DNA of 64,000 nucleotides, taken from positions 365-64,364 of the forward strand of contig JBAXQU010000004.1 of the NCBI GenBank assembly GCA_037131555.1, in the 5' to 3' direction. Under the pieces are notes generated by a model. The model was given only the letters and a program-made list of their open reading frames with translations, was not told where the DNA came from and ran no database searches. Source of the stretch: Bacteroidota bacterium. GTDB taxonomy: Bacteria > Bacteroidota > Bacteroidia > 2-12-FULL-35-15. Below, in pieces: positions 47,799 to 58,020 of this stretch. The translations under genes and the position numbers were made by a program. Numbering within the stretch: the stretch's first letter is position 1; each line of letters starts with the position of its first letter.

Positions 47799-49070
47799 TT
47801 ATAAAGCAGGCAATACTTTGGCTTTTGCTTCGCCAAAACCTACTCTTACATTATCTTTTTGGCAATAACCTCTCATAATAACGGTGTCGTTATCGTTAAT
47901 GAATTTTCGTTCGCTACCATCCTTCATCTTTAATGGTTTTGTGCCTCTCCAGCTGAGCTCGAGCATCGAACCAAACGAATTAGGTGTAGGTCCACTTATT
48001 GTTCCAGAGGCCATCAAATCACCAATATTTACATTGCATCCATTCACCGTATGATGTGCCAATTGCTGTTCCATGGTCCAATACATGTATTTGTAATTCG
48101 AATTGCATACACAAGTTTCTTCACTGTTTTCAGGATGAATACTTACTTCGAGTCGAATGTCAAGGTTTCTGTCTCCTGAATATTCAAGATAAGGCAATAC
48201 CTTTGGTTCTTGTTTATAACCTTCTGTACGGAAGGGTTCAAGGGCATCAAGCGTAACTATCCAAGGCGAAATGGTGGAGGCGAAATTCTTAGCTAAGAAA
48301 GGTCCTAGTGGAACATATTCCCAAGTTTGAATATCTCTTGCACTCCAATCGTTGAATAAAGTTAAGCCAAAAATGGCATCATCAGCATCGGCAGTGCTGA
48401 TGCTTTGTCCTAGTTCAGATGATTTACCAATCACAAATGCAACCTCTAATTCGAAGTCAAGAAGTTTAGTAGGACCAAAAACAGGTTGTTCGGAATTAGC
48501 AGGTTTGGTTTGTCCTTTCGGGCGATGAAAATTGGTACCCGAAATAATGATAGACGAAGCTCTACCATGATATCCAACAGGAAGGTGTTTCCAATTTGGC
48601 AAAAGCGCATTGGCAGGGTCTCTAAACATGGTTCCTACGTTGGTTGCATGATCGATGCTCGAATAAAAATCGGTATAATCGCCAACACGAATAGGCATCA
48701 ACAATTGAACATTGCTAATGTATTGCAATACCTTTTGTTGAGCTTCTTTATTATCGCGGAGTTCTGCATTGTCAGCATTTAACAAGTCCGAAACTCTATG
48801 GCGCAAGGCTCTCCAGGTTGGTTTTCCTAAAGCAATAAAATCATTTAGGTATTGATTTGTAAATATGGAATTGTCAATTTTTAAGTTATTAAGAAAACCC
48901 ATTTTGTTCAACAATGCAAGGTCGAGCACTTGATCGCCAATGGCAATGCCTACTCTAGGGCTTGAGCTTTGTGTTTTAAATATTCCAAAAGGAAGATTTT
49001 GAATCGGGAAATCGCAGTTGCTAGCTACTTCTATCCACGATTTCAGTTGAGGGTCGTTTGCTTTTATCAT
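47799..49070 (-). CDS. Fumarylacetoacetase (FAH; tyrosine and homogentisate catabolism).
   Basis: The N-terminal region IQNLPFGIF and a length of 423 aa match fumarylacetoacetase. Confidence 0.75.
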   Translation of the reverse strand: MIKANDPQLKSWIEVASNCDFPIQNLPFGIFKTQSSSPRVGIAIGDQVLDLALLNKMGFLNNLKIDNSIFTNQYLNDFIALGKPTWRALRHRVSDLLNADNAELRDNKEAQQKVLQYISNVQLLMPIRVGDYTDFYSSIDHATNVGTMFRDPANALLPNWKHLPVGYHGRASSIIISGTNFHRPKGQTKPANSEQPVFGPTKLLDFELEVAFVIGKSSELGQSISTADADDAIFGLTLFNDWSARDIQTWEYVPLGPFLAKNFASTISPWIVTLDALEPFRTEGYKQEPKVLPYLEYSGDRNLDIRLEVSIHPENSEETCVCNSNYKYMYWTMEQQLAHHTVNGCNVNIGDLMASGTISGPTPNSFGSMLELSWRGTKPLKMKDGSERKFINDNDTVIMRGYCQKDNVRVGFGEAKAKVLPAL

Positions 49071-49142
49071 GCTGCAAAAGTAAGAAAAACAAGCCTTACC
49101 GAACAGATTTAATTGCGCTTATCGTCAAATAAAATTACCCGA

Positions 49143-50183
49143 TTAATGAGTCTCCACCCCGTGGTTCATTTCCTTCAGCACTTCTTTTGCGGGTTCAAAG
49201 TCGGGGTTGATGGATGTGCATGCCACAAAGTCTTTTATGGCATCTTTCATTTTATGCATTTCTTTATAACAAATGCCTCGTGCGTAATAAGCTTCCGTAT
49301 ATTTTGGATCAAGGTTAATGGCTTGGGTATAATGGTCAATGGCTTCGGGATATTTTTTGAGTCCAAGAAAATAAACCACTCCTAAATTATAATGTGCATA
49401 TTTGTAGCTAACATCAATTGTTAAAAGCGTGTTATAGCTCGATATGGCATTTGCCCAGCTTTCCATATCTTGATAGCATTTGCCAAGGTCGTACCAAGCT
49501 TCTGTACTTCTTGGTTTTAGTTTAATAGCATTTTTGTAATATTGAACTGCCAATGAATTTCCTTGCGCTGCACAGAGAATCCCCAATTGAATATAGGCAT
49601 TGTAATACTGCTGGTCTTGTTCTACTGCGGTTTGCATACTTGAAATCGCCCTCGCTGTATCTTTAAGTTCTTTGTAGTTCATCCCTTTCATGAAATATGC
49701 TTTAGCATTGTATTTGTCAAGTTTCAAAGCCATGTTGATGTACTGTACAGATTCTTTGTACTTGCGAACATAGAGGTACAATTCAGCTAATTTAAGCATA
49801 GCAACCGTGTTTTTATCATCCAGTTGAATGCACTTCTCAAGCGCAGCTTTCGATTTAGAAGTAAGGTTGTTTACAAAATAAATGTCCGAGATGGTAAGAA
49901 AGTATTCTGCTTTAGATGAATCGATGCTCATCACCTTGTTCATATCCGTAAGACTTGCTTTGAAATCTTTTTTATCAAAATAATATTGAGCACGCTTATG
50001 ATAGAGGTTTGCATTATTAGGTTCAGCAGCTATCAGCAGATTGAGCTTTTTCAACTCTTCTGGTGTTTTGATGGCTACCGTGTCAACGGTCTTTGTGTCC
50101 GTTTTTGTTGAATTATTATTGCACGAAACAAATGTAATGGTGACGAGTAATCCTAAATAGGTTAGAGATTGTTTTAAATTCAT
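49143..50183 (-). CDS. TPR-repeat lipoprotein. The likely start is at 50183; the ORF track extends to 50231.
   Basis: Lipobox (TFVSC). Multiple 34-aa TPR units (W/Y-LG-Y...A-F-A-P). Confidence 0.6.
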   Translation of the reverse strand: MNLKQSLTYLGLLVTITFVSCNNNSTKTDTKTVDTVAIKTPEELKKLNLLIAAEPNNANLYHKRAQYYFDKKDFKASLTDMNKVMSIDSSKAEYFLTISDIYFVNNLTSKSKAALEKCIQLDDKNTVAMLKLAELYLYVRKYKESVQYINMALKLDKYNAKAYFMKGMNYKELKDTARAISSMQTAVEQDQQYYNAYIQLGILCAAQGNSLAVQYYKNAIKLKPRSTEAWYDLGKCYQDMESWANAISSYNTLLTIDVSYKYAHYNLGVVYFLGLKKYPEAIDHYTQAINLDPKYTEAYYARGICYKEMHKMKDAIKDFVACTSINPDFEPAKEVLKEMNHGVETH

Positions 50184-50287
50184 GACGACAAAAGTAGATA
50201 AAAAACAACATCCCCAACTACAAAGTACCACCTCTCGGCAGTGCTTTCATTGGGGATGTTAAAAATGTTACTGTAATTAAATTAAAA

Positions 50288-51355
50288 CTATTTTGCTGCG
50301 CTAACTTCAGGAACAACAGTTGATGTACTCAATATTTCTCTTATTTTTCCTTCAATTTCATCCATTAAACCTTCGTTGTCGTTAAATAATATTTTCACAG
50401 CATCGCGTCCTTGACCTAATTTGGTATCGCCATAGCTAAACCATGAACCACTTTTCTTAATGATGTTCAATTCTACGCCAAGGTCAATAATTTCACCTAC
50501 TTTCGAAATTCCTTCACCATACATGATGTCGAATTCAGCTTGTCGGAATGGAGGAGCAACCTTGTTTTTTACTACTTTCACTCTAGTTCTGTTTCCAACT
50601 ACTGCGTCTCCGTCTTTTATCTGCCCGATTCTACGAATATCCAAACGTACAGAAGCATAAAACTTAAGAGCATTTCCTCCTGTAGTTGTTTCTGGGTTGC
50701 CAAACATTACTCCAATTTTCTCTCTCAACTGATTGATGAAAATGCAGCAACATCCTGTTTTGTTAATGGTTCCAGTAAGTTTTCGTAAGGCTTGTGACAT
50801 CAATCGTGCATGCAATCCCATTTTTGAATCACCCATTTCTCCTTCAATTTCACTCTTAGGAACAAGAGCCGCTACCGAGTCAATAACAATGATATCGATA
50901 GCACCAGAACGAATCAGGTTTTCTGCTATTTCTAAGGCTTGCTCACCATTGTCGGGTTGAGAGATTAAAAGGTTTTCGGTATCGATTCCTAATTTTTCAG
51001 CATAAGCTCTATCGAAGGCATGCTCTGCATCTATAAAAGCAGCAATTCCTCCAGCTTTCTGAACCGAAGCTATGGCATGAAGCGTTAATGTAGTTTTACC
51101 TGACGATTCTGGTCCATAGATTTCAATCACTCTTCCTTTAGGTAATCCACCAATTCCAAGTGCGATGTCCAATCCAAGCGAACCTGTAGGTATTACCTCT
51201 ACGTTCTCAATAGCCTGATCACCCATACGCATAATAACACCTTTTCCGTAGGTTTTATCAAGTTTGTCAAGTGTTAATTGGAGGGCTTTTAACTTCTCTT
51301 TATTGATGGCTTCCTTTACTGTAGCCATTTTTGCATCTTTATTGTCTTTGCTCAT
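50288..51355 (-). CDS. recA: Recombinase A.
   Basis: Walker [10 protein letters not shown]. The rest of the sequence, including motifs around Walker B and loops L1/L2, is highly RecA-like. Confidence 0.95.
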   Translation of the reverse strand: MSKDNKDAKMATVKEAINKEKLKALQLTLDKLDKTYGKGVIMRMGDQAIENVEVIPTGSLGLDIALGIGGLPKGRVIEIYGPESSGKTTLTLHAIASVQKAGGIAAFIDAEHAFDRAYAEKLGIDTENLLISQPDNGEQALEIAENLIRSGAIDIIVIDSVAALVPKSEIEGEMGDSKMGLHARLMSQALRKLTGTINKTGCCCIFINQLREKIGVMFGNPETTTGGNALKFYASVRLDIRRIGQIKDGDAVVGNRTRVKVVKNKVAPPFRQAEFDIMYGEGISKVGEIIDLGVELNIIKKSGSWFSYGDTKLGQGRDAVKILFNDNEGLMDEIEGKIREILSTSTVVPEVSAAK

Positions 51356-51379
51356 TTTTAATTTTTTGTTGTTGTAAGG

Positions 51380-51859
51380 TTATTTAACTGGTTGGGTATT
51401 TAATATTTGTTTTGTATGATTTTTTGTGTCTACATTTGTTATTATTCGTTCAATCATTCCTTCTCCATCAATAATAAAGGTGGTTCTGATGATACCATCA
51501 AAAACTTTTCCCATAAAATTTTTCTCTCCCCATACATCATAAGCTTTTATCACTGTCAAGTCGATATCAGCTAATAATGAGAAGGGCAAACTATATTTAC
51601 GAATAAACTTGGTATGCATCAATTCGGTATCGGCACTTACTCCTAACACCTCGTAACCACATTCTGTTATTGTTTTGTAGTTATCGCGCAAGTCGCATGC
51701 TTGATTGGTACAAGCCGGTGTTTTGTCCTTTGGATAAAAGTAAAGTATTAACTTTTTACCTTTAAAATCGCTCAACGACCTTAAATTTCCTTTTTCATCT
51801 TTGCAACTAAAATCGGGAGCTTTGTCTTTTTCTTTTAAACTAGTAGTATGATTTGCCAT
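51380..51859 (-). CDS. bcp: Thioredoxin-dependent thiol peroxidase (peroxiredoxin Q / BCP).
   Basis: PKDKTPACTNQACDLRD peroxidatic/resolving Cys region. 159 aa. Confidence 0.85.
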   Translation of the reverse strand: MANHTTSLKEKDKAPDFSCKDEKGNLRSLSDFKGKKLILYFYPKDKTPACTNQACDLRDNYKTITECGYEVLGVSADTELMHTKFIRKYSLPFSLLADIDLTVIKAYDVWGEKNFMGKVFDGIIRTTFIIDGEGMIERIITNVDTKNHTKQILNTQPVK

Positions 51860-51987
51860 AATTTATTTTCTGATTCAAAAATAGGAGTAAAATTCGAAAC
51901 GCTCAAAGATATTTATTAACAAATTACAGATAGCCATATTTTAAAGGGTGGTAGAGCATTAATATTATTTAGGGTAGAACTCGGAAA

Positions 51988-52632
51988 TTATTTCTTTGAT
52001 AACGATTCGAAGTATTGACAGTACAATTTCAATTCGCAGGTTTCACATTTTGGATTTCGTGCCACACAAACATACCTTCCGTGCAAAATCAGCCAATGGT
52101 GTGCAATTGCTATTTTGTCTGTTGGTATGTATTTTATCAGTTGTTTCTCTGTTTCAAGTGGAGTGGTAGCGTTTTTTGTTAAACCTAGCCTAGCCGACAC
52201 TCGAAACACATGGGTATCTACCGCCATAGCTGGCTTGTTATAAACTACTGAGGCTATCACATTGGCTGTTTTTCTGCCAACACCGGGGAGCTTTTGCAAC
52301 TCTTCAATGTTTGACGGAACTTTTCCTTTGAATTCATTGACCAACATAGAAGCCATTCCAACAAGATGTTTCGCCTTATTATTCGGATAACTAATGCTTC
52401 TAATATACTGAAACACTTCATCACTGCTTGCTACTGCCATCACTTCGGGTTTAGGAAACGCCTTAAATAAGGTTGGCGTCACCATGTTCACTCGTTTGTC
52501 GGTGCATTGAGCCGAGAGGATAACAGCTACCAATAATTGATAAGGATTTTTATAATGTAATTCGGTTTCCGCAATTGGATGATTTTTGCTGAAATAGTTA
52601 ATAATTTTTTCGAATCGTTCTTGTTTTCTCAT
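51988..52632 (-). CDS. nth: Endonuclease III (DNA glycosylase/AP lyase).
   Basis: HhH-GPD motif (LPGVGRKTANVI) and a C-terminal 4Fe-4S cluster C-x6-C-x2-C-x5-C. Confidence 0.9.
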   Translation of the reverse strand: MRKQERFEKIINYFSKNHPIAETELHYKNPYQLLVAVILSAQCTDKRVNMVTPTLFKAFPKPEVMAVASSDEVFQYIRSISYPNNKAKHLVGMASMLVNEFKGKVPSNIEELQKLPGVGRKTANVIASVVYNKPAMAVDTHVFRVSARLGLTKNATTPLETEKQLIKYIPTDKIAIAHHWLILHGRYVCVARNPKCETCELKLYCQYFESLSKK

Positions 52633-52869
52633 TGCTCAAAGGTAATGATAGTTTTCTATTATAATTTTCCAGATTTCTTCCTTTTAATACTAAACTTGAA
52701 AATCAGGAAAGTTAGAAAGTTTTAGGTTAGAAAGTTCAAAGTGGCCACTCCCGAAGTTTCGTGACAGGAAAATGACACGAAGGCATAAAGGTAATGGGAG
52801 TTGATTTTTAGTGTTTTCTCGTTGTTGTTAGTTTTTATTTATTTCTGAATTGAACTTTTATGAAAAAAG

Positions 52870-53090
52870 TCACTTTCACTCGATTTCAATTTTGATATTG
52901 ACCAAAAGTGAGCACTTTCACTCGATTTCAATTTTGATATTGACTGATTCCACTCAACATCACTCGATTTCAATTTTGATATTGACCGATTCCGCTTAAC
53001 ATCACTCGATTTCAATTTTGATATCGACTGATTCCGCTTAACATCACTCAATATGATTATCTATATTGACTGATTCCGCTTAAAAAGGTT
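52870..53090. repeat. About five tandem copies of a 44-45-bp unit (cactcgatttcaattttgatattgacYgattccgcttaacat).
   Basis: Read directly. The artefactual ORF 52839..53051 (repeating SISKLKSSDVKRN) lies on it. Confidence 0.75.
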
Positions 53091-53267
53091 CTTTCCTTAT
53101 TCGCTTTGCTTGCCTTTGTAAACCTTTTTTCTGATTTTTAACCGTTTTTGGTCATTTGCAAGGCAATAAAGCTTCAAATAGGTATTATTAAGACAAATCC
53201 CGGTTCAGCCTAGGGTTTAAGAAATAAAAACCTTAAGAAAACACTAAAAATTAATTCCCATTGACTC

Positions 53268-53302
53268 AATTGCCAATGCTTAATTGCAAAATTGCCTTCG
53301 CG
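53268..53302. promoter_or_regulatory. Copy B of the conserved ~35-bp intergenic motif (see 43939-43974).
   Basis: aattgccaatgcttaattgcaaaattgccttcgcg. Confidence 0.35.
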
Positions 53303-53390
53303 CCTTTGTGTATTAATGGCATTTAAATAAAAGCAAACGAAACAACAAGAAGGAAGAAGCATACTAAGCCTGTGGCAAGTTTATTCATAC

Positions 53391-54209
53391 TTATTTGTTC
53401 ATGATTACTAATTTTTGATTAGTAATCATTTTACCTTCGCAGGTAACGCAGTAGTTGTATATACCTGCTTTCAGATCGCTACAGTCGATGTTCCATTCAT
53501 CACCCGAAAGAACAATTTGTTTCACCACTTGCCCAAGCACGTTGGTAAGTTGGAAGCTAGCATTTGTAAAAGCATGGTTGGCTTTAAGGGTAGTAGATGT
53601 TGCGAAAGGGTTGGGATACACGGCCATTTCCGTCACAGCATCTGAAAGGTTATTCACCAGAGTGGATACATCAATGTATGTTTTGAAAACCATATCCATG
53701 CCAGTAACCGAAGTTCCCGAAGGGTCAGTCGTTTCGAGTTCGCCACCAGCATAGGTTCCCGGAAGCTGTATCTGCAAGCCATAAGGGTCGGGCAATCCTC
53801 CTCCTTGTGTTGGGATAAACTGAAACGTGTACACACCGCCTACCACCACCGCAGCCGATACATTAAAGGATTGGAAGAAGTTTCCTGTTCCTGAAACGGT
53901 AACAGTTTGTGTTTGCAACAAAGTGCCACTAGTGCCAATGCCAACGTAGAGATTAAAGGTGCCAAAACCTGTCATGGCATTAAAAAATCCAACATCTATC
54001 TTGCACAATGTGCCGGTGCTGCCTGAAGTGAAACTTTGCCAAACGGTGTATTGAGGCAGGTTGCGAGCACTCATACCACCGTTGTAATTCAATTGACTTT
54101 GATCTACCGTTGTGCATTGCGCATGGCTAATAGAGGAATAGCTGAGTTGAACGAAAGCCAAAAGGCCAATCAACCGTAAGATGTTTCTTGATGAATAAAA
54201 TTGTTTCAT
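53391..54209 (-). CDS. Hypothetical secreted protein with a T9SS C-terminal sorting domain.
   Basis: Signal peptide. C-terminal CTD (VYPNPFATSTTLKAN...LKAGIYNYCVTCEGKMITNQKLVIMNK). Confidence 0.6.
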   Translation of the reverse strand: MKQFYSSRNILRLIGLLAFVQLSYSSISHAQCTTVDQSQLNYNGGMSARNLPQYTVWQSFTSGSTGTLCKIDVGFFNAMTGFGTFNLYVGIGTSGTLLQTQTVTVSGTGNFFQSFNVSAAVVVGGVYTFQFIPTQGGGLPDPYGLQIQLPGTYAGGELETTDPSGTSVTGMDMVFKTYIDVSTLVNNLSDAVTEMAVYPNPFATSTTLKANHAFTNASFQLTNVLGQVVKQIVLSGDEWNIDCSDLKAGIYNYCVTCEGKMITNQKLVIMNK

Positions 54210-54220
54210 GGTGTATTTAT

Positions 54221-56611
54221 TTAAAGGATTATTAATTTTCCGTATTGAATCATGCCAGTGTTATTGTTTATTTTGAAATAATAAACACCTTTCTCTTCTA
54301 ATCGATAATCGAAATTGATTGTTCCTGTTGGTAAGTTCTTTCGGTCAATTTCTTTTCCTGTAACATCGTAAATGGTCATCACAATGGGAGAAGTATCTGG
54401 CAGTCGACCTTCGAAATGAATAAGACCTGTGCTAGGGTTGGGAAAATAATTGAGACCAGCTTGTGTGTTCAATAGTTTCACATCGAGATGAACAGGCTGG
54501 CAATGCCCAGGCATGTTGGCATCTAACCAAGTGAGTCGTCTGTTAATCCAAGCCTTCAAGGTATCCATCACTCCATCGTAAGTAGTAGCTACTGCGTTCA
54601 TTTCGGGAGCAGGGCCACTCATGCCAAGTATTGGCCATTTTTGGAAATGCCTTGCCTGTGCTTGTTGTACCAAGGTTTTCATGCTATCAATATAATTGTT
54701 GATGTAAGGGGTACTCAATATGGATAACCTGAAATAATTATACCTACATCTTAATTCGTTGCAAAAGATGGTGTCTTGCAGCAGCCGTACATAATATCCG
54801 TTCGAGTTATTATCAGTTGCACAATCGTTGATAAGATAAGCCCATCCCGAGCCATTGGAATTGGAGAACATGGAACAACCCCATAAATCCTTCCAAGCCC
54901 AGTCGAAATCCCAAACAGGGCCGGCTTTGAACTTACCACCTTTCGAATACTTGTTTTTGTTGAAGAAAACACTCTTCTTAAAACCATCGTTGTTTCGCGA
55001 GAGTTCATTCACCAGAAAATAATCAATGAACGATTTTGTGTCGAGATACTTTCTATATCCCGAAGCTGAATCGCTGAAGTTGATACTATACAATGCTGTT
55101 TCCAAACTATCGATATAAGAAGCAATATAGGTTTTCTGTGCAGGTGTAATGGAATCGAATGCGGGATATTCGTACAAGTAATGTACATCTAGTCCAGGAT
55201 GGTCGATAGGAGAGTAGTTCGATTGGAAACTATTGGTAGCATCCCAAATGTTTTGTTGAAGGATGTATCCTCCCGAAACGGAGTCACCGGTATTGTCTTG
55301 CAGTGTAAGTTTAGCAATGTTCACACGATTGTGGTCGCGTTTTAATTTCTCACAAAAAACATAAATGCCTTGGTAAGCACTATCCACAAAGGTTTCGCAA
55401 AGTATGTTGCGCGGACTGTAATTGCCCATTTCTCTAAATAGTTTATGAGCCAATGTGTTTCGCACAAGAGAAAGATCATTGAAATTAGAAATCATCACCC
55501 AATCGTTTTGCGCAGGCATGCCAAGTAAAGGAACGTTATTAGGTAATCCTGCAGTAGTTCTAGTTTCAATGCTGAAAGGGTGTTGAGGATAACCAGCCGA
55601 AGAAGCTCCATGAATTGCTATTCCTATATCGCCATTATAAACGTTTGCGCTATCGGTAAAATGAACGATGGTACCAGGTCCATTGTATTTAATGTACATG
55701 TGGGCATTTACTTTTGTGTTTTGAACAATGGTATTACCAAGTGTATTAATCATGACCAGTGGAAGATTGGTGCTATCTAATACAATTTTATGAAGCGTGT
55801 TTGCACAAATCCTAAATGTTCCGATTGCTCCATTATAGCCCCATACTTGCACATATAGTTGTTGGCCGGGTAATAAATTGTAAAGAGAAATAAAAGAGAA
55901 ATTACCAACTCCACTATCATCATCGCAGGCAAGTGAATGAAGGTTGGTGCAAGTAGTATCTGTCCAAATAGCTAAACCAGTATCGTTAATGCTTCCACTA
56001 TCCGTGGCAATGCTGACACATCCTGTTGGAGGCACTGTTACTTTGAACCACATATCGGGACCATTATTGCTGGCGCATCCTGCATTATATCCTGAAACAG
56101 GGAAGCCTGTATTGTCAGCAATAATGCATTGCCCAGTGTCTAATGGAATGGCAGTGCAAGGATAATTACCCGGAACGGCTAATGTTGAACAATTACCTGT
56201 GGTGGTGTAAACTATTCCTACCTGAGGGTTGGGCCCATTAGAGAATAGAGGATTCCAAGCGGCATCAAATAATTGATAAGAATTCTCATTTTCGTATGAC
56301 CCAGCAGTATAAACTAGTTTTAAACTATCGCCATCGCAAATTAAAAAATTTACAGAAGTAAAATAGTTGGCCGCACTATAGGTGCCAACATGTGAAGCAT
56401 TGATGTATACATCCAAGTAGCCTCCATTCCATCCATCTCCGTAGCTATCGTGCATGTTTAAGGTGTAATTACAACACTGAGCTTTTATAGTGGCGTTATT
56501 AAATATAAATATTGCAAGGAAACAAAGTTTAATGAAAGAAAACTTCCTTAATAGGATTTTAGTTATGTCTTTTTTCATACCGTAAAAATTAAATAATACG
56601 AAGCATTTCAC
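54221..56611 (-). CDS. CotH-family (atypical kinase-like) protein with a T9SS C-terminal sorting domain. The true start is probably at the internal Met (MKKDITK, around 56578).
   Basis: The central region matches the CotH family (…YQGIYVFCEKLKRD…, …FLVNELSRNNDGFKKSVFF…GPVWDFDWAW…). Signal peptide. C-terminal T9SS CTD (LNYFPNPSTG...VYYFKIN...KLIIL). Confidence 0.6.
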   Translation of the reverse strand: MKCFVLFNFYGMKKDITKILLRKFSFIKLCFLAIFIFNNATIKAQCCNYTLNMHDSYGDGWNGGYLDVYINASHVGTYSAANYFTSVNFLICDGDSLKLVYTAGSYENENSYQLFDAAWNPLFSNGPNPQVGIVYTTTGNCSTLAVPGNYPCTAIPLDTGQCIIADNTGFPVSGYNAGCASNNGPDMWFKVTVPPTGCVSIATDSGSINDTGLAIWTDTTCTNLHSLACDDDSGVGNFSFISLYNLLPGQQLYVQVWGYNGAIGTFRICANTLHKIVLDSTNLPLVMINTLGNTIVQNTKVNAHMYIKYNGPGTIVHFTDSANVYNGDIGIAIHGASSAGYPQHPFSIETRTTAGLPNNVPLLGMPAQNDWVMISNFNDLSLVRNTLAHKLFREMGNYSPRNILCETFVDSAYQGIYVFCEKLKRDHNRVNIAKLTLQDNTGDSVSGGYILQQNIWDATNSFQSNYSPIDHPGLDVHYLYEYPAFDSITPAQKTYIASYIDSLETALYSINFSDSASGYRKYLDTKSFIDYFLVNELSRNNDGFKKSVFFNKNKYSKGGKFKAGPVWDFDWAWKDLWGCSMFSNSNGSGWAYLINDCATDNNSNGYYVRLLQDTIFCNELRCRYNYFRLSILSTPYINNYIDSMKTLVQQAQARHFQKWPILGMSGPAPEMNAVATTYDGVMDTLKAWINRRLTWLDANMPGHCQPVHLDVKLLNTQAGLNYFPNPSTGLIHFEGRLPDTSPIVMTIYDVTGKEIDRKNLPTGTINFDYRLEEKGVYYFKINNNTGMIQYGKLIIL

Positions 56612-56733
56612 TTTTTATTGATTTACAAATGTAAGGAAAACTAGTTTCGTAAACAAAGATGTTTTCATTTTTCGATGAACTAGTAGAAGTGATAAAACAA
56701 AACAGCCTCGAATTTCGAGGCTGTTTTGTTTTA

Positions 56734-57993
56734 TCACTTCATTTTCTCCGTTATATCATCAAGCTTGTCTTTCATATTCAATCTTGAATAGATTTGTTTC
56801 AATGCAACCATGGTGTTTCTATCCTTTGGCTTTATTGAAAGAGCCTTTTCAAGCACAAGTAAAGCTCTGTTGAACTCATCAATCGATTTTGAATTCTCGG
56901 CATCGTATTGTTTTTGATTCGACAATTTGTCAGCTTGTTTGTTGATACTTACACCAAAATTGAAGTACAATACTCCCAACGAATACATGGCATCAAAGTA
57001 ATCGGGTCTCAATTCAATCGATTTTTTATAATCGGCTTCTGCCAATTTTATTTTGTCTACAAAGTCTTTCGGTTGTTCAACAAAATTACCATTCGCATCC
57101 TTTGGGTTGGCAATGTTGTCGTATACGTTACCTCTTACAAAGTACAAGTTAGCATCTTTAGGTCGTGCAGCAATTGCAACATTTAAGTTTTTCATCGCTT
57201 CTTCACTTTTATTTTCACTTAAGTAAAAGTTAGTTTCAGTAATCAGTAAAGGAATATCGTTAGTGTAAGCCGTTCTTCCTTGCTTTAATAAATCTTTAGC
57301 TGCGATGGTATCTTTAGCTGTTTTTAGATTGAGGAAATAATTGATTAAAGAAGCGTAACTCTGAGCTCTCCCTTGTTTATTATCAATCATTTTTTTGTAA
57401 TAGTAAACAGTCTTCTCATAATTATTTGCTTTCTCAGCGGCTAGCGCACAATAAGAGATACTATTCGTATCTTTAATACCTTTTATCTCATAAACTCTTT
57501 CGAACGAAGGCAAGGCTGTTGCAAACTTTTTTGCATTGTAGTCAGCAATCGCTTTGTTTTCAGAGTGAGCTGAAATACGAGCTATCCCAGTCTCGATATC
57601 TGTTTTGTATTTAGTTTTTGTATCCAGCTTTTGAGCCTTTGAATAGGCTCGGTAAGCAGTATCGAGTTCGGCAGCATAAGTGTTTTGATATCCCAACAAT
57701 GTTTTTTTGTTTGGATCACTTATTGAAAGAAGCTTCTCAGTCTCGGTTCTCAAATTGAAATCAAAAAGAGCAAGATAAATCTCTCCTCTGTACACTTGAG
57801 TTTTAGCTTCATCTCTTGTGTCAGCGTTTGCATTTGCCAAGTCAATGGCTTCTTTGGCTTTGTTGAGCGAACCTATTTCTTTGTTTTCATTATAATCTTG
57901 ATAATAACGATAAGCAGAAATAACTTTTGCTAATTGAGCATCTGCTGCAAAAACTGATGACAAAGCAATCAGTGCTAAAACGAACTTTTTCAT
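56734..57993 (-). CDS. TPR-like repeat protein, exported.
   Basis: Signal peptide (ALSSVFAADAQ). A series of helical repeats with TPR-like spacing. Confidence 0.55.
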   Translation of the reverse strand: MKKFVLALIALSSVFAADAQLAKVISAYRYYQDYNENKEIGSLNKAKEAIDLANANADTRDEAKTQVYRGEIYLALFDFNLRTETEKLLSISDPNKKTLLGYQNTYAAELDTAYRAYSKAQKLDTKTKYKTDIETGIARISAHSENKAIADYNAKKFATALPSFERVYEIKGIKDTNSISYCALAAEKANNYEKTVYYYKKMIDNKQGRAQSYASLINYFLNLKTAKDTIAAKDLLKQGRTAYTNDIPLLITETNFYLSENKSEEAMKNLNVAIAARPKDANLYFVRGNVYDNIANPKDANGNFVEQPKDFVDKIKLAEADYKKSIELRPDYFDAMYSLGVLYFNFGVSINKQADKLSNQKQYDAENSKSIDEFNRALLVLEKALSIKPKDRNTMVALKQIYSRLNMKDKLDDITEKMK

Positions 57994-58020
57994 AACCTAT
58001 TATTTTAAAACAAAACTTAA

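Noticed and set aside
52839-53051. 70-aa ORF with repeated SISKLKSSDVKRN
   Set aside because: It is an artefact of the 45-bp tandem repeat array and is intergenic.
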